Sequence record: OZ371831.1
Reading direction: 5' to 3' (one strand)
Length of the DNA: 32,000 bases
This document shows positions 1 to 9,895 of this stretch, in pieces. Made by a program: the position numbers and the translations under genes. Below the pieces are notes generated by a model. It was not told the DNA's origin and did not search any database. It was given only the letters and a program-made list of their open reading frames with translations. How positions within the stretch are numbered: position 1 is the first letter of the stretch; every line of letters begins with the position of its first letter.

Positions 1-750
<750 letters not shown>

Positions 751-791
751 TCAAGTTTAGATCCTTCTTTCTTTTAGAAAGAATGTCTTTT

Positions 792-818
792 CCTCTGGTT
801 CCTTTTTGGAACCAGGGG
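792..818 (+). terminator. psbA 3' stem-loop (RNA 3'-end or stability element)
   Basis: CCTCTGGTTCC-TTTTT-GGAACCAGGGG forms an 11-bp stem with one G-U pair, 42 nt after the psbA stop. Its mirror lies at 25401-25427. Confidence 0.55.
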
Positions 819-1093
819 AGTCTTTTATAAATCTTAGACTTCACAAAACTCCTTTCTACTCTTAATTTATTTGTTCTTTAGTTCTCTTTATTTATAACTC
901 CTCTTTTGAATTCTTTTCGACGAAAAAAAGATTTTTAAAGAGGCAATTGAAAGTTTTTACGATGTTCTTCTTTATTAAAACAATTGATTAATAAAATTAA
1001 TCATTTTATCGAAATTGTTACATATATATTGAATTCGTTTTTATTTTATTAAGTTCTATTAAATTATTGATATATGTTTGATTGAGGTGGAGC

Positions 1094-1118
1094 ATGAAGT
1101 GTACATAGTACACTTCAT
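1094..1118 (-). terminator. Duplicated psbZ 3' stem-loop, here positioned downstream of orf183
   Basis: ATGAAGTGTAC-ATA-GTACACTTCAT is a perfect 11-bp stem. It is the mirror of 25101-25125, which follows the intact psbZ stop. Confidence 0.5.
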
Positions 1119-1138
1119 TTCTACAAACATAAGTATCC

Positions 1139-1228
1139 TTATGACACAAAAGAGTTAAGTGCTCCAACTACGAATACTAAAAGGATCCAAAGGGCAGATC
1201 CAGATAATACAAGACCTTTTGATGATGC
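1139..1228 (-). pseudogene. psbZ: psbZ 3' fragment (last 29 codons plus stop) duplicated by the inverted repeat
   Basis: The reverse complement encodes [29 protein letters not shown], identical to codons 34-62 of psbZ at 24892-25080. It has no start codon and no N-terminal half. Confidence 0.9.
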
Positions 1229-1780
1229 TTAAAATACACCAAACCACGACCAAGCAGTAATAAGAAGCCAAACTAAAACAAAAAACGAAAAAGCTTGTGT
1301 AAAAGCGAATGCTTCACCATAATTTTGAAACCATCCGCGCTCAAAAAAGTAACGTGTTACCGGATCTCGAAAAATACGTTGTTGTGGAAGATACCACATA
1401 ATACTCATTATAACTACACAAATAATACTATTTGGATGATAGCCAAGCCAATGAAGAATCTGCACTCCCATTGGTCCGAAAATTGGGAAACTATAAATAA
1501 TCAGAATAAGAACAAATCCTCTAATTATCTCTTTCATAATTGTCACAAGAACTTGTTCAGTAAACGATGTTGGTCGTGAACGCGGACGCCGAAAGTTAGA
1601 TACTTTTTGGCTTGATTTTAAATTCCAAAAGTATTGAATGGATTTATAAAGATTTTGAATTGTTTCCAAAAAGAAATAAACGAAACGAACAACAAGCTCA
1701 ATGTTTAATTCAATAAACAAAAGAAAAAAATCACCGAGCCAAAAAAGACGATTTAAAAGAAAAGCAAAAAATCTCTTCAT
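1229..1780 (-). CDS. Hypothetical protein orf183, predicted multi-pass membrane protein with no family assignment
   Basis: This is an ATG(1780)..TAA(1229-1231) ORF of 183 codons. It has several hydrophobic segments (FFAFLLNRLFWLGDFFLLFI, GFVLILIIYSFPIFGPMGVQIL, SIICVVIMSIMWYL, AFSFFVLVWLLITAWSWFGVF) and a basic linker RRPRSRP. It is co-oriented with psaA-psaB. Its codon usage resembles the ribosomal protein genes in this window. I could not match it to any plastid gene family from memory. Confidence 0.55.
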   Translation of the reverse strand: MKRFFAFLLNRLFWLGDFFLLFIELNIELVVRFVYFFLETIQNLYKSIQYFWNLKSSQKVSNFRRPRSRPTSFTEQVLVTIMKEIIRGFVLILIIYSFPIFGPMGVQILHWLGYHPNSIICVVIMSIMWYLPQQRIFRDPVTRYFFERGWFQNYGEAFAFTQAFSFFVLVWLLITAWSWFGVF

Positions 1781-1881
1781 ATAGATATAAAGCGGTGGAA
1801 TGACTAACAGGGGATTTTCTGTTGTTTTTCGGGTTATTAAAATGTAGTAAACCCGTAAAGCCTAAGAAAACGGCACATTTT

Positions 1882-1907
1882 CATAGGGGTTTTTTAGAAC
1901 CCCTATG
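1882..1907 (-). terminator. psaA-psaB operon 3' stem-loop
   Basis: CATAGGGGTT-TTTTAG-AACCCCTATG forms a 10-bp stem, 57 nt downstream of the psaB stop on the minus strand. Confidence 0.55.
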
Positions 1908-1963
1908 GAAAGATTTACATACTCATTTAAACATTTTTACTGCTTAAATGTTGGCATTTAAGT

Positions 1964-4168
1964 TTATCCAAATTTACCTGATGTAGATGCAATTACAAAG
2001 GCTGCGTATGTAAGAACAAATCCAACAGAGAAGTGTGTAAGTCCTACAAGACGTGCTTGTACAATTGAAAGTGCTACTGGCTTATCGTTCCACTTTACAA
2101 AGTTTGCGAGTGGAGTACGCTCGTGTGCCCATACAAGTGTTTCAATAAGCTCTTGCCAATATCCACGCCATGAAATAAGGAACATGAATCCTGTAGCATA
2201 AATAAGGTGTCCAAAAAGGAACATCCATGCCCATACTGAAAGACTGTTCATCCCAAATGGGTTATATCCATTAATAAGTTGTGATGAATTAAGCCAAAGG
2301 TAGTCACGAAGCCATCCCATAATATATGTCGATGATTCGTTAAACTGAGCAGAGTTACCTTGCCAAAGTGCAAGGTGCTTCCAGTGGAAGTAGAATACTG
2401 TCCATGAAACTGTGTTGAGTTCCCAGAATACTGCGAGGTAGAATGCATCCCATGCTGAGATATCACAAGTTCCTCCACGTCCTGGCCCATCACAAGGGAA
2501 ACTGTATCCGAAATCCTTCTTATCTGGCATAAGCTTTGATCCACGTGCATCAAGAGCTCCTTTTACAAGAATAAGTGTTGTAGTGTGAAGTCCAAGTGCA
2601 ATTGCGTGGTGTACAAGGAAATCTCCTGGTCCAATTGGAAGGAAAAGAGAGTTACTTGAACTGTTAATTGCTTCAAGCCATCCTGGAAGCCAAATTGATT
2701 GACTTGCTAAGTTAGCTGGGTTTCCTTGTGATGCAAGAAGTACGTCAAATCCGTAGATTGATTTCCCTTGTGCAGCTTGAATGTATTGTGCGAATACTGG
2801 TTCAATAAGGATTTGCTTTTCTGGTGTTCCAAATGCTTGCATTACGTCATTGTGTACGTAAAGTCCAAGTGTGTGGAATCCAAGGAAAAGTGATACCCAA
2901 CTAAGGTGTGAAATAATTGCTTCTTTGTGCTCAAGCATACGTGCAAGCACGTTTCCTTCATTTTGCTCAGGATCGTAATCACGAATAAAGAAGATTGCTC
3001 CGTGTGCAAATGCTCCACACATAATAAATCCAGCAATGTACTGGTGGTGCGCATAAAGAGCAGCCTGCGTTGTAAAATCTTGTGCAAGGAACGCATACGG
3101 CGGAAGCGAGTATGTGTGTTGTGCAGTAAGAGAACAAAGTACACCTACTGAAGCAAGTGCAAGACCAAGTTGGAAGTGGAGTGAATTGTTCACAGTATCA
3201 AAAAGACCTTTGTGTCCAGCTCCAAGGTTTCCTGCTGGTGGTGTATGTGCTTCAAGAATTTCACGCATACTGTGTCCAATTCCGAAGTTTGTACGGTATT
3301 GGTGCCCTGCAAGAATGAATACTACCGCAATAGCAAGGTGGTGGTGTGCCATATCTGTTAACCAGAGGCTTTCAGTCTGTGGGTGGAAACCACCTAAGAA
3401 TGTAAGAATAGCTGTTCCAGCTCCTTCAGATGTTCCGAAGATGTGGTTTGCTGTATCTGGGTTTTGCGCATATACAGCCCATTGTCCACTAAAGAATGGA
3501 GCAAGACCTGCTGGGTGCGGTAATGTTGTAAGGAAATTATCCCAACGTACATGTTGTCCACGTGATTCTGGGATTGCAACGTGTACAAGGTGTCCAGTCC
3601 ATGCAAGTGAACTTACACCAAAAAGTCCAGAAAGGTGGTGGTTAAGACGCGATTCTGCATTTTTAAACCATGAAAGTGCTGGTGCAAATGTTGGTTGAAG
3701 GTGTAACCATCCTGCAAAGAGGAAAAGTCCTGCAACAAAAAGAAGGAAAAGAGACCCGTTATAAAGATCACCGTTTGTTCGCATCCCAATTGTGTACCAC
3801 CATTGGTATACACCAGAGTACGCGATGTTTACAGGCGCACTCGCCCCACCACGTGTGAATGCTTCTACAGCTGGTTGTCCGAAGTGTGGATCCCAGATTG
3901 TGTGTGCAATTGGACGTACGTGAAGTGGGTCTTCACCCCATTTCTCAAAGTTACCTTGCCATGCTACATGGAAAAGGTTTCCCGATGTCCATAAGAAAAT
4001 AATTGCAAGTTGTCCAAAGTGTGAAGCGAAGATCTTTTGGTAAAGCTTCTCTTCTGTCATACCATCATGCGTCTCGAAATCGTGTGCTGTTGCGATTCCA
4101 AACCAAAGACGACGCGTTGTCGGATCTTGTGCTAATCCTTGACTAAATTTAGGGAATTTAGTTGCCAT
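1964..4168 (-). CDS. psaB: Photosystem I P700 apoprotein A2
   Basis: The 734-aa ORF starts at ATG. It begins [32 protein letters not shown] and contains the FX-binding motif [18 protein letters not shown]. Confidence 0.99.
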   Translation of the reverse strand: MATKFPKFSQGLAQDPTTRRLWFGIATAHDFETHDGMTEEKLYQKIFASHFGQLAIIFLWTSGNLFHVAWQGNFEKWGEDPLHVRPIAHTIWDPHFGQPAVEAFTRGGASAPVNIAYSGVYQWWYTIGMRTNGDLYNGSLFLLFVAGLFLFAGWLHLQPTFAPALSWFKNAESRLNHHLSGLFGVSSLAWTGHLVHVAIPESRGQHVRWDNFLTTLPHPAGLAPFFSGQWAVYAQNPDTANHIFGTSEGAGTAILTFLGGFHPQTESLWLTDMAHHHLAIAVVFILAGHQYRTNFGIGHSMREILEAHTPPAGNLGAGHKGLFDTVNNSLHFQLGLALASVGVLCSLTAQHTYSLPPYAFLAQDFTTQAALYAHHQYIAGFIMCGAFAHGAIFFIRDYDPEQNEGNVLARMLEHKEAIISHLSWVSLFLGFHTLGLYVHNDVMQAFGTPEKQILIEPVFAQYIQAAQGKSIYGFDVLLASQGNPANLASQSIWLPGWLEAINSSSNSLFLPIGPGDFLVHHAIALGLHTTTLILVKGALDARGSKLMPDKKDFGYSFPCDGPGRGGTCDISAWDAFYLAVFWELNTVSWTVFYFHWKHLALWQGNSAQFNESSTYIMGWLRDYLWLNSSQLINGYNPFGMNSLSVWAWMFLFGHLIYATGFMFLISWRGYWQELIETLVWAHERTPLANFVKWNDKPVALSIVQARLVGLTHFSVGFVLTYAAFVIASTSGKFG

Positions 4169-4187
4169 AAGTCATGTCCTCCGCGGG
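4169..4187 (-). promoter_or_regulatory. psaA-psaB intercistronic spacer with a Shine-Dalgarno site for psaB
   Basis: The minus strand reads CCCGCGGAGGACATGACTT-ATG. GGAGG (4178-4182) lies 9 nt before the psaB ATG and is complementary to the 16S 3' end CCTCCTTT. Confidence 0.6.
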
Positions 4188-6443
4188 TTATCCGACTGCA
4201 ATAATACGCGCTAAGAAGAATGACCATGTTGTTGCAATTCCACCTAAAAGGTAGTGAGCAACACCAACGGCACGTCCTTGTGTAATACTTAAAGCGCGGG
4301 GTTGAATAGCAGGCGCAACTTTAAGTTTGTTGTGCGCCCATACGATTGATTCAATAAGCTCCTGCCAGTATCCACGTCCTGAGAATAAGAACATAAGGCT
4401 AAATGCCCAGATAAAGTGGGCTCCTAAGAAAATGAGTCCATATGCAGAGAGTGCTGATCCGTATGATTGGATAACTTGAGAAGATTGTGCCCAAAGGAAA
4501 TCACGAAGCCAACCATTAATAGTATTCGCACTTTGTGCGAAGTTACCACCAGTAATATGTGATACTCCGTTGTCTGTAACACTTCCCCAAACATCAGATT
4601 GCATTTTCCAACTGAAGTGGAAAATTACAATAGAAATACTGTTGTACATCCAGAAAAGACCAAGGAATACGTGGTCCCAAGCTGAAACCTGACATGTTCC
4701 TCCACGTCCTGGTCCATCACAAGGGAATCGGAATCCAAGGTTTGCCTTATCAGGGATAAGACGCGAACTACGTGCGAAAAGTACACCCTTAAGAAGGATA
4801 AGTACTGTTACGTGAATAGTAAATGCGTGAATATGGTGTACCATGAAATCTGAAGTACCAAGTGAAATTGGCATCATTGCGATTTTTCCACCAACAGCCA
4901 CGATATCACCACCCCAGCTTGCACTTGTACTTGCACCAGCTGTTGGAGCTGTAAGCTCAGGCGCAAGTGCGTGTGTATTTTGCACAAATTGTGCAAAAAT
5001 TGGTTGAAGCTGAATTGCTGTGTCAGAGAACATATCTTGCGGACGACCAAGGGCACTCATTGTATCATTGTGGATGTAAAGTCCGAAACTGTGGAAACCA
5101 AGGAAAATACACACCCAGTTAAGGTGTGAAATCATTGCATCACGGTGACGAAGTACACGATCAAGAAGGTTGTTGTAGTTGTTTGTTGGGTCGTAATCAC
5201 GAACCATGAAGATAGCCGCGTGCGCAGCAGCTCCACAAATACAGAAACCACCAATCCACATGTGGTGTGTAAAGAGTGAAAGTTGTGTACCGTAATCAGT
5301 TGCAAGGTACGGGTAAGGTGGCATTGCGTACATGTGGTGCGCTACAATAATTGAAAGCGATCCAAAAAGTGCAAGGTTAATTGCAAGTTGTGCATGCCAT
5401 GAAGTTGTAAGAATCTCATAGAGACCTTTGTGTCCTTCACCAGTGAATGGTCCTTTGTGTGCTTCAAGGATTTCCTTCATGCTGTGTCCAATACCCCAGT
5501 TTGTGCGGTACATGTGCCCAGCAATAATAAAAAGAACTCCAATAGCAAGGTGGTGGTGTGCTGTATCTGAAAGCCAAAGACCTCCAGTTACTGGGTTAAG
5601 TCCACCACGGAATGTAAGGAAATCTGAATATTCTGTCCAATTGAATGTCCAGAAAGGTGCAAGTCCTTGTGAGAAACTTGGGTAAAGCTCAGCCATGAGA
5701 TCACGGTTAAGCATAAACTCGTGTGGAAGTGGGATCTCTTTTGGATCTACTCCAGCATCAAGAAGTGTATTTACTGGTAACGCAATGTGAATTTGGTGAC
5801 CAGACCATGAAAGACTTCCAAGACCAAGAAGTCCTGCAAGGTGGTGGTTCATCATTGATTCAACATTTTGGAACCATTCAAGTTTCGGTGCAGCCTTGTG
5901 GTAGTGCCACCATCCAGCAAAGAACATAAGTCCTGCCATGATAAGTGCACCAATTGCTGTACTATAAAGTTGAAGTTCACTTGTGATACCGCTTCCGCGC
6001 CAAAGTTGGAAGAATCCAGAAGTAATTTGCACTCCTTGGAATCCACCACCTACATCACCGTTAAGAATTTCTTGACCTACGATTGGCCAAACTACTTGTG
6101 CACTTGGTTTAATGTGAGTTGGATCACTTAACCAAGCTTCATAGTTTGAGAAACGTGCTCCGTGGAAGTACATTCCACTAAGCCAGATAAAGATTACACC
6201 AAGTTGACCGAAGTGCGCACTAAAAACCTTACGAGAAATATCCTCAAGGTCTGTTGTGTGACTATCAAAGTCGTGTGCATCGGCATGGAGATCCCATACC
6301 CATGTTGTTGTAGCAGGACCTTTTGCAAGTGTTCGTGAGAAGTGTCCGGGTTTCCCCCATTTCTCAAACGAAGTTGGTACTGGGTCACGATCTACTACAA
6401 TCTTGACTGCCTTTACCTCGCGTTCTGGTGGGCTAATTGTCAT
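4188..6443 (-). CDS. psaA: Photosystem I P700 apoprotein A1
   Basis: The 751-aa ORF starts at ATG. It contains [18 protein letters not shown] and the typical PsaA N-terminus [27 protein letters not shown]. The gene is a single uninterrupted ORF, so there is no trans-splicing. Confidence 0.99.
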   Translation of the reverse strand: MTISPPEREVKAVKIVVDRDPVPTSFEKWGKPGHFSRTLAKGPATTTWVWDLHADAHDFDSHTTDLEDISRKVFSAHFGQLGVIFIWLSGMYFHGARFSNYEAWLSDPTHIKPSAQVVWPIVGQEILNGDVGGGFQGVQITSGFFQLWRGSGITSELQLYSTAIGALIMAGLMFFAGWWHYHKAAPKLEWFQNVESMMNHHLAGLLGLGSLSWSGHQIHIALPVNTLLDAGVDPKEIPLPHEFMLNRDLMAELYPSFSQGLAPFWTFNWTEYSDFLTFRGGLNPVTGGLWLSDTAHHHLAIGVLFIIAGHMYRTNWGIGHSMKEILEAHKGPFTGEGHKGLYEILTTSWHAQLAINLALFGSLSIIVAHHMYAMPPYPYLATDYGTQLSLFTHHMWIGGFCICGAAAHAAIFMVRDYDPTNNYNNLLDRVLRHRDAMISHLNWVCIFLGFHSFGLYIHNDTMSALGRPQDMFSDTAIQLQPIFAQFVQNTHALAPELTAPTAGASTSASWGGDIVAVGGKIAMMPISLGTSDFMVHHIHAFTIHVTVLILLKGVLFARSSRLIPDKANLGFRFPCDGPGRGGTCQVSAWDHVFLGLFWMYNSISIVIFHFSWKMQSDVWGSVTDNGVSHITGGNFAQSANTINGWLRDFLWAQSSQVIQSYGSALSAYGLIFLGAHFIWAFSLMFLFSGRGYWQELIESIVWAHNKLKVAPAIQPRALSITQGRAVGVAHYLLGGIATTWSFFLARIIAVG

Positions 6444-6752
6444 TAAAGTTTCCTCGTTATTTCATAAATTACTTTTTAATAAAAAAGCAATGAGTGCGAT
6501 TTATGGAAATCGAAAAGATATAATCTTTTTTTAATTTCGCATAGAAAAGCAAGCCTACTTCAAAAAACATTAAAAAAAATGTTGGAATGCAATGGTATTA
6601 AAGTATGGTAATTTTATTATGCCTTGATTTACAAGATCTGTCACTGCCAAAGGGACAATTTGTGTGTTTATAGAAATACTTTTATTTCTCGATATAAAAA
6701 GAAATATATTGCAAAACCTTATAAAATAAGGCATCATACTATTCATATTAGA

Positions 6753-6826
6753 GGGCCTGTAGTTCAATTGGTTAGAGCGCCGCCCTGTCACGGCGGAGGT
6801 TGCGGGTTCGAGTCCCGTCAGGCCCG
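6753..6826 (+). tRNA. trnD: tRNA-Asp (GUC)
   Basis: Cloverleaf with acceptor GGGCCTG/CAGGCCC, anticodon stem CCGCC/GGCGG, loop CTGTCAC, T arm GCGGG-TTCGAGT-CCCGT and discriminator G. Confidence 0.95.
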
Positions 6827-6941
6827 AAAGAACAAAAAAAAACATAACAAATAGCGTGAAGCTTTTGCTTTTTTTTCCTATAATAAAAATGTCGCCTCTA
6901 TACCTTATTTTTCGGTAAAATACTTCTTAAGGAGGAAACAC

Positions 6942-7052
6942 ATGGCTACATCTCTTTTACCTTCAATTTTTGTACCTCTTGTAGGTTTAGTTTTCCCTGC
7001 TGTAACAATGGCAGCTCTTTTTCTTTATATTGAGAAAGAAGAAATTAATTAA
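6942..7052 (+). CDS. psaI: Photosystem I subunit VIII
   Basis: The 36-aa product [36 protein letters not shown] matches the PsaI core [23 protein letters not shown] lies 7 nt upstream of the ATG. Confidence 0.92.
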   Translation: MATSLLPSIFVPLVGLVFPAVTMAALFLYIEKEEIN

Positions 7053-7143
7053 TCCTGTTCTTGGATAATGGTACGTAAATAAAATATATATTTGGTATTT
7101 ATTTTAATCGTCACTTCTTCCTAGTTGGTAAACAAAAAAATAT

Positions 7144-7183
7144 CTAAAAAAGATGTTCACGTTTCAAACGTTTCCTTTTTTAG
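7144..7183 (+). terminator. Stem-loop downstream of psaI
   Basis: CTAAAAAAG (7144-7152) pairs with CTTTTTTAG (7175-7183), enclosing a small inner hairpin. Confidence 0.35.
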
Positions 7184-7303
7184 AGCCAATCTTTAAAAAA
7201 GACATGCTTTAGATAAAACAATGTTCTTTAGATTTTAGTCTATTGTTTCTTTCTTTTAATTTTTAATGTCTTAAATTAACCTCATTATTGCGGAGTCAAA
7301 CAT

Positions 7304-7405
7304 ATGAATCTTGAATTAATTGGTCAACTTGTAAGTGTTGCTCTTGTTGTAGGAGCAGGCCCAATTATCGTTGCAGCTGTTTATGCACGTGGTGGTAACC
7401 TTTAA
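7304..7405 (+). CDS. ycf12: Photosystem II protein Psb30/Ycf12
   Basis: The 33-aa product MNLELIGQLVSVALVVGAGPIIVAAVYARGGNL follows the Ycf12 pattern MNLE.I.QL....GP......A..GNL. GGAG lies upstream of the ATG. Confidence 0.9.
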   Translation: MNLELIGQLVSVALVVGAGPIIVAAVYARGGNL

Positions 7406-7486
7406 TTAGTTACATATTTTGTACAAAAGTGCTAGATTCTGATTTTTCTATGCGTTTTCTTTTGTATACTACCTTTTTTAACAAGT

Positions 7487-7582
7487 ATGCCTTTATCTGA
7501 TACACAAGTTTTTGTTGCTCTTTTTGTTGCACTTATTACAGGTATTCTTTCAGTACGTCTTGGAGTACAACTCTATAAGTAA
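7487..7582 (+). CDS. psaM: Photosystem I subunit XII
   Basis: The 31-aa product [31 protein letters not shown] follows the PsaM pattern SD.Q..VAL..ALI.GILA.RLG..LY. Confidence 0.9.
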   Translation: MPLSDTQVFVALFVALITGILSVRLGVQLYK

Positions 7583-7601
7583 ATTGAAAGTTTTTTAAGT
7601 G

Positions 7602-7653
7602 ATGTAAATCTCTTCTCCGCATGTCTTCACATGTATAGGGAAGAGATTTACAT
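7602..7653 (+). terminator. Long stem-loop downstream of psaM
   Basis: ATGTAAATCTCTTC (7602-7615) pairs perfectly with GAAGAGATTTACAT (7640-7653), giving a 14-bp stem that can be extended by two further pairs. Confidence 0.55.
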
Positions 7654-7729
7654 AATGTATTTTGTTCGATAAGAAAAAATATAATTGTCTAAATAGAGTA
7701 CATTTGCTACTCTAGTAGATAGAATATAT

Positions 7730-7803
7730 CGGAGTGTAGCGCAGTTTGGTAGCGTACGTCGTTTGGGACGATGTGGTCGCAGGTTCGAATCCTGTCACTC
7801 CGA
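7730..7803 (+). tRNA. trnP: tRNA-Pro (UGG)
   Basis: Acceptor CGGAGTG/CACTCCG, anticodon stem CGTCG/CGATG, loop TTTGGGA and T loop TTCGAAT. Confidence 0.93.
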
Positions 7804-7841
7804 ACCCTCTTACAAAAGTAATAGATAAGCATATATACCAT

Positions 7842-7914
7842 GCGTCCTTAGTTCAGTTGGTAGAACGCAGGTCTCCAAAACCTGATGTCGTAGGTTCGAG
7901 TCCTACAGGGCGTG
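7842..7914 (+). tRNA. trnW: tRNA-Trp (CCA)
   Basis: Acceptor GCGTCCT/AGGGCGT (with G-U pairs), anticodon stem CAGGT/ACCTG, loop CTCCAAA and T arm GTAGG-TTCGAGT-CCTAC. Confidence 0.93.
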
Positions 7915-7974
7915 AAAAAAAAATCCCTTGAGGAAAGCCTTGTTTCACAATATACACAATGCTACACTGGGAGT

Positions 7975-8061
7975 GGAGAGATGACTGAGTGGCCGAAAGT
8001 ACTTCATTGCTAATGAAGCGTACGAGTAATCGTACCAGGGGTTCGAATCCCCTTCTCTCCG
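7975..8061 (+). tRNA. trnS: tRNA-Ser (GCU)
   Basis: Class II tRNA with acceptor GGAGAGA/TCTCTCC, anticodon stem CTTCA/TGAAG, loop TTGCTAA, long variable arm GTACG-AGTAA-TCGTAC and discriminator G. Confidence 0.94.
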
Positions 8062-8100
8062 AAAGGTTTAAACAAATTCCAAATTCTTTAAAGGAATATC

Positions 8101-8130
8101 TTGACGGTAGTACTATCTTTTCAGTATCCT
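8101..8130 (+). promoter_or_regulatory. Candidate sigma70-type (PEP) promoter upstream of rpl20
   Basis: TTGACG (8101-8106), an 18-nt spacer, then TATCCT (8125-8130), about 150 nt upstream of the rpl20 ATG. Confidence 0.35.
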
Positions 8131-8277
8131 ATATGTATACAGTGAGAACATAAGAGATAACTCTTCTCTTTTCTTGTAAATATAGATATTCAATATGTAC
8201 TTCTGGAATGAAGTAGTGAATGCCATTAATTATATATCTTCGTCGAGTGAAAACGAAGATGAACATTTCTATAGCTT

Positions 8278-8628
8278 ATGACTCGAGTAAAACGTGGGAC
8301 AGTTGCCCGTAAACGCCGCAACAAAATTTTAGATCTTAACCGAGGGTTCCGTGGATCGCACTCTACTTTATTCCGTACTGCAAATCAACGTAGTTTAAAG
8401 GCACTTTCATCATCATACAGTGATCGACGAAAGAAAAAGCGCCAATACCGTCGTCTTTGGATTCGACGTATTAATGCCGGATCACGACCTGCAGGTTTTT
8501 CATATAGTCGTTTTATCCATGCATTAAAGACGAATCGTGTATTATTAAATCGTAAAATGCTTTCACAACTTGTAATTTTACATCCAACAAGTTTTAATGC
8601 ACTTACAACAACAGTAAAAGGAAAATAA
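8278..8628 (+). CDS. rpl20: Ribosomal protein L20
   Basis: The 116-aa product begins [37 protein letters not shown], a canonical L20 N-terminus. Confidence 0.97.
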   Translation: MTRVKRGTVARKRRNKILDLNRGFRGSHSTLFRTANQRSLKALSSSYSDRRKKKRQYRRLWIRRINAGSRPAGFSYSRFIHALKTNRVLLNRKMLSQLVILHPTSFNALTTTVKGK

Positions 8629-8641
8629 ATTCTTTTTACCT

Positions 8642-8663
8642 CAAGCCCTTTTACAAGGGCTTG
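8642..8663 (+). terminator. rpl20 3' stem-loop
   Basis: CAAGCCCTT-TTAC-AAGGGCTTG forms a 9-bp stem, 14 nt after the stop. Confidence 0.55.
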
Positions 8664-8697
8664 CATCTATGTCTTATTTTTGGTATTGTATTGTTAC

Positions 8698-8782
8698 GGA
8701 GAGGTGTCAGAGTGGTTTAATGTATTGGTCTTGAAAACCAATGTAGCGCAAGTTACCGTGGGTTCAAATCCCACTCTCTCCG
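8698..8782 (+). tRNA. trnS: tRNA-Ser (UGA)
   Basis: Class II tRNA with acceptor GGAGAGG/TCTCTCC, anticodon stem TTGGT/ACCAA, loop CTTGAAA, variable arm GTAGC-GCAA-GTTAC, T arm GTGGG-TTCAAAT-CCCAC and discriminator G. Confidence 0.94.
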
Positions 8783-8820
8783 AAAAAAAATAAAAAAGTT
8801 TAAAATAACTTGATCAAATT

Positions 8821-8849
8821 TTGATTTGTCTGCAAATATCAGATATAAT
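8821..8849 (+). promoter_or_regulatory. Candidate sigma70-type (PEP) promoter upstream of psbK
   Basis: TTGATT (8821-8826), a 17-nt spacer, then consensus TATAAT (8844-8849), 48 nt upstream of the psbK ATG. Confidence 0.45.
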
Positions 8850-8896
8850 AAAAATGCTAGTTCATCCTTTAATTTGATCTGATTGGAGATTTTCTC

Positions 8897-9034
8897 ATGC
8901 CTCAACTTTTCATTCTTGGACGTTTACCGGAAGCGTACGCTCCATTTGACCCGCTCGTGGATGTACTCCCGATTATTCCGGTTCTTTTCTTACTTCTTGC
9001 TTTTGTTTGGCAAGCTTCCGTAAGTTTCCGTTAA
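8897..9034 (+). CDS. psbK: Photosystem II protein K
   Basis: The 45-aa product [45 protein letters not shown] matches the PsbK core [29 protein letters not shown]. Confidence 0.95.
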   Translation: MPQLFILGRLPEAYAPFDPLVDVLPIIPVLFLLLAFVWQASVSFR

Positions 9035-9039
9035 TTGCC

Positions 9040-9066
9040 AAAAGTAACACTTCCAGTGTTACTTTT
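9040..9066 (+). terminator. psbK 3' stem-loop
   Basis: AAAAGTAACACT-TCC-AGTGTTACTTTT is a perfect 12-bp stem. Confidence 0.55.
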
Positions 9067-9099
9067 ATTTACCTCGCTCATTGGAGAAAGTAAAACAAT

Positions 9100-9216
9100 A
9101 TGCTTACGTTAAAAATTCTTGTTTACACAGTAGTTATCTTCTTCATTTCGCTTTTCGTATTTGGGTTCCTTTCAAATGACCCAGGACGTAACCCGAGTTC
9201 GAAAGATTTTGAATAA
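9100..9216 (+). CDS. psbI: Photosystem II protein I
   Basis: The 38-aa product [38 protein letters not shown] matches the PsbI consensus [28 protein letters not shown]. Confidence 0.96.
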   Translation: MLTLKILVYTVVIFFISLFVFGFLSNDPGRNPSSKDFE

Positions 9217-9261
9217 CAGCTTATACGTTTATATATTAGTATAAACTTATTTTTGTCTCTT

Positions 9262-9281
9262 CTACCATCACTGAATGGTAG
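9262..9281 (+). terminator. Small stem-loop downstream of psbI
   Basis: CTACCAT-CACTGA-ATGGTAG forms a 7-bp stem. Confidence 0.3.
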
Positions 9282-9364
9282 TATCCAAACACCCGTATTT
9301 TTATAATCTCTTCAATTTATATTTGAATAGAATCGAAATACATTCTTTTTGTTAGGAGGATACC

Positions 9365-9493
9365 ATGAAGGATCTTACAATTTATCTTTCAACAGCGCCT
9401 GTACTTGCTACACTTTGGTTTAGCTTTCTTGCAGGTCTTTTGATTGAATTGAACCGTTTTTTCCCAGATGCACTTACATTCCCATTATTTTAA
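9365..9493 (+). CDS. psaJ: Photosystem I subunit IX
   Basis: The 42-aa product [42 protein letters not shown] matches PsaJ ([26 protein letters not shown]). AGGAGGA lies upstream of the ATG. Confidence 0.95.
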   Translation: MKDLTIYLSTAPVLATLWFSFLAGLLIELNRFFPDALTFPLF

Positions 9494-9536
9494 TGGTTAA
9501 TCGCTTGTAAGTCCTTTGGGCTGTGCACAAATTCTA

Positions 9537-9570
9537 TTTTTATTTTGCTTTTCATTAAGCAAAATAAAAA
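9537..9570 (+). terminator. psaJ 3' stem-loop
   Basis: TTTTTATTTTGCTT-TTCATT-AAGCAAAATAAAAA is a perfect 14-bp AT-rich stem. Confidence 0.5.
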
Positions 9571-9624
9571 CAGAATGATTCTAATATAACCTGAATAGAG
9601 TATGACAAGTTCTAAGAAACAAGC

Positions 9625-9653
9625 TTGACATTCATGACAGAAAATTGTACTGT
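9625..9653 (+). promoter_or_regulatory. Candidate promoter upstream of trnF
   Basis: Consensus TTGACA (9625-9630), a 17-nt spacer, then TACTGT (9648-9653). The mature tRNA starts 15 nt downstream. Confidence 0.3.
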
Positions 9654-9667
9654 ACTATATACATATC

Positions 9668-9740
<73 letters not shown>

Positions 9741-9771
9741 AACAAACGTAAAAAAAGTTTCAATAAATCGC

Positions 9772-9800
9772 TTGTCAGCGAAGTTGAACCTATGTACAAT
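9772..9800 (+). promoter_or_regulatory. Candidate sigma70-type (PEP) promoter of rbcL
   Basis: TTGTCA (9772-9777), a 17-nt spacer, then TACAAT (9795-9800). This predicts a 5' UTR of roughly 90 nt. Confidence 0.45.
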
Positions 9801-9895
9801 ATTTAAAAAGGTGTTTCACTTTAGTGAAAATCCAACACATTTATAACGAGTAGATTTAGAGATTATGGATTCGTGTTCTTCATAAATAAAAAATT

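Noticed and set aside
1295-1579. A 94-aa plus-strand ORF antisense to orf183.
   Set aside because: It is shorter than the minus-strand frame, its product is not membrane-like or otherwise recognisable, and the minus-strand frame spans the whole interval between psaB and the repeat junction.
3114-3698. A 194-aa plus-strand ORF, with many shorter ORFs on either strand, lying inside psaB and psaA (for example 2248-2553, 2842-3144, 5428-5685 and 5868-6131).
   Set aside because: They lie antisense to, or out of frame within, highly conserved psaA/psaB coding sequence. Their products are Cys/Arg-rich or low-complexity, and they are expected by chance in long constrained genes.
6570-6854. Two overlapping ORFs (91 aa on the minus strand, 76 aa on the plus strand) near 6570-6854, and a 61-aa ORF at 7746-7931.
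   Set aside because: They run through trnD, or through trnP plus trnW, and through AT-rich spacer. They have no ribosome-binding context and no recognisable product.
6865-6884. An apparent TTGCTT plus TATAAT promoter upstream of psaI.
   Set aside because: The two hexamers are only 8 nt apart, not 17 plus or minus 1. Only the -10-like TATAAT (6879-6884) remains, which is too weak to call on its own.
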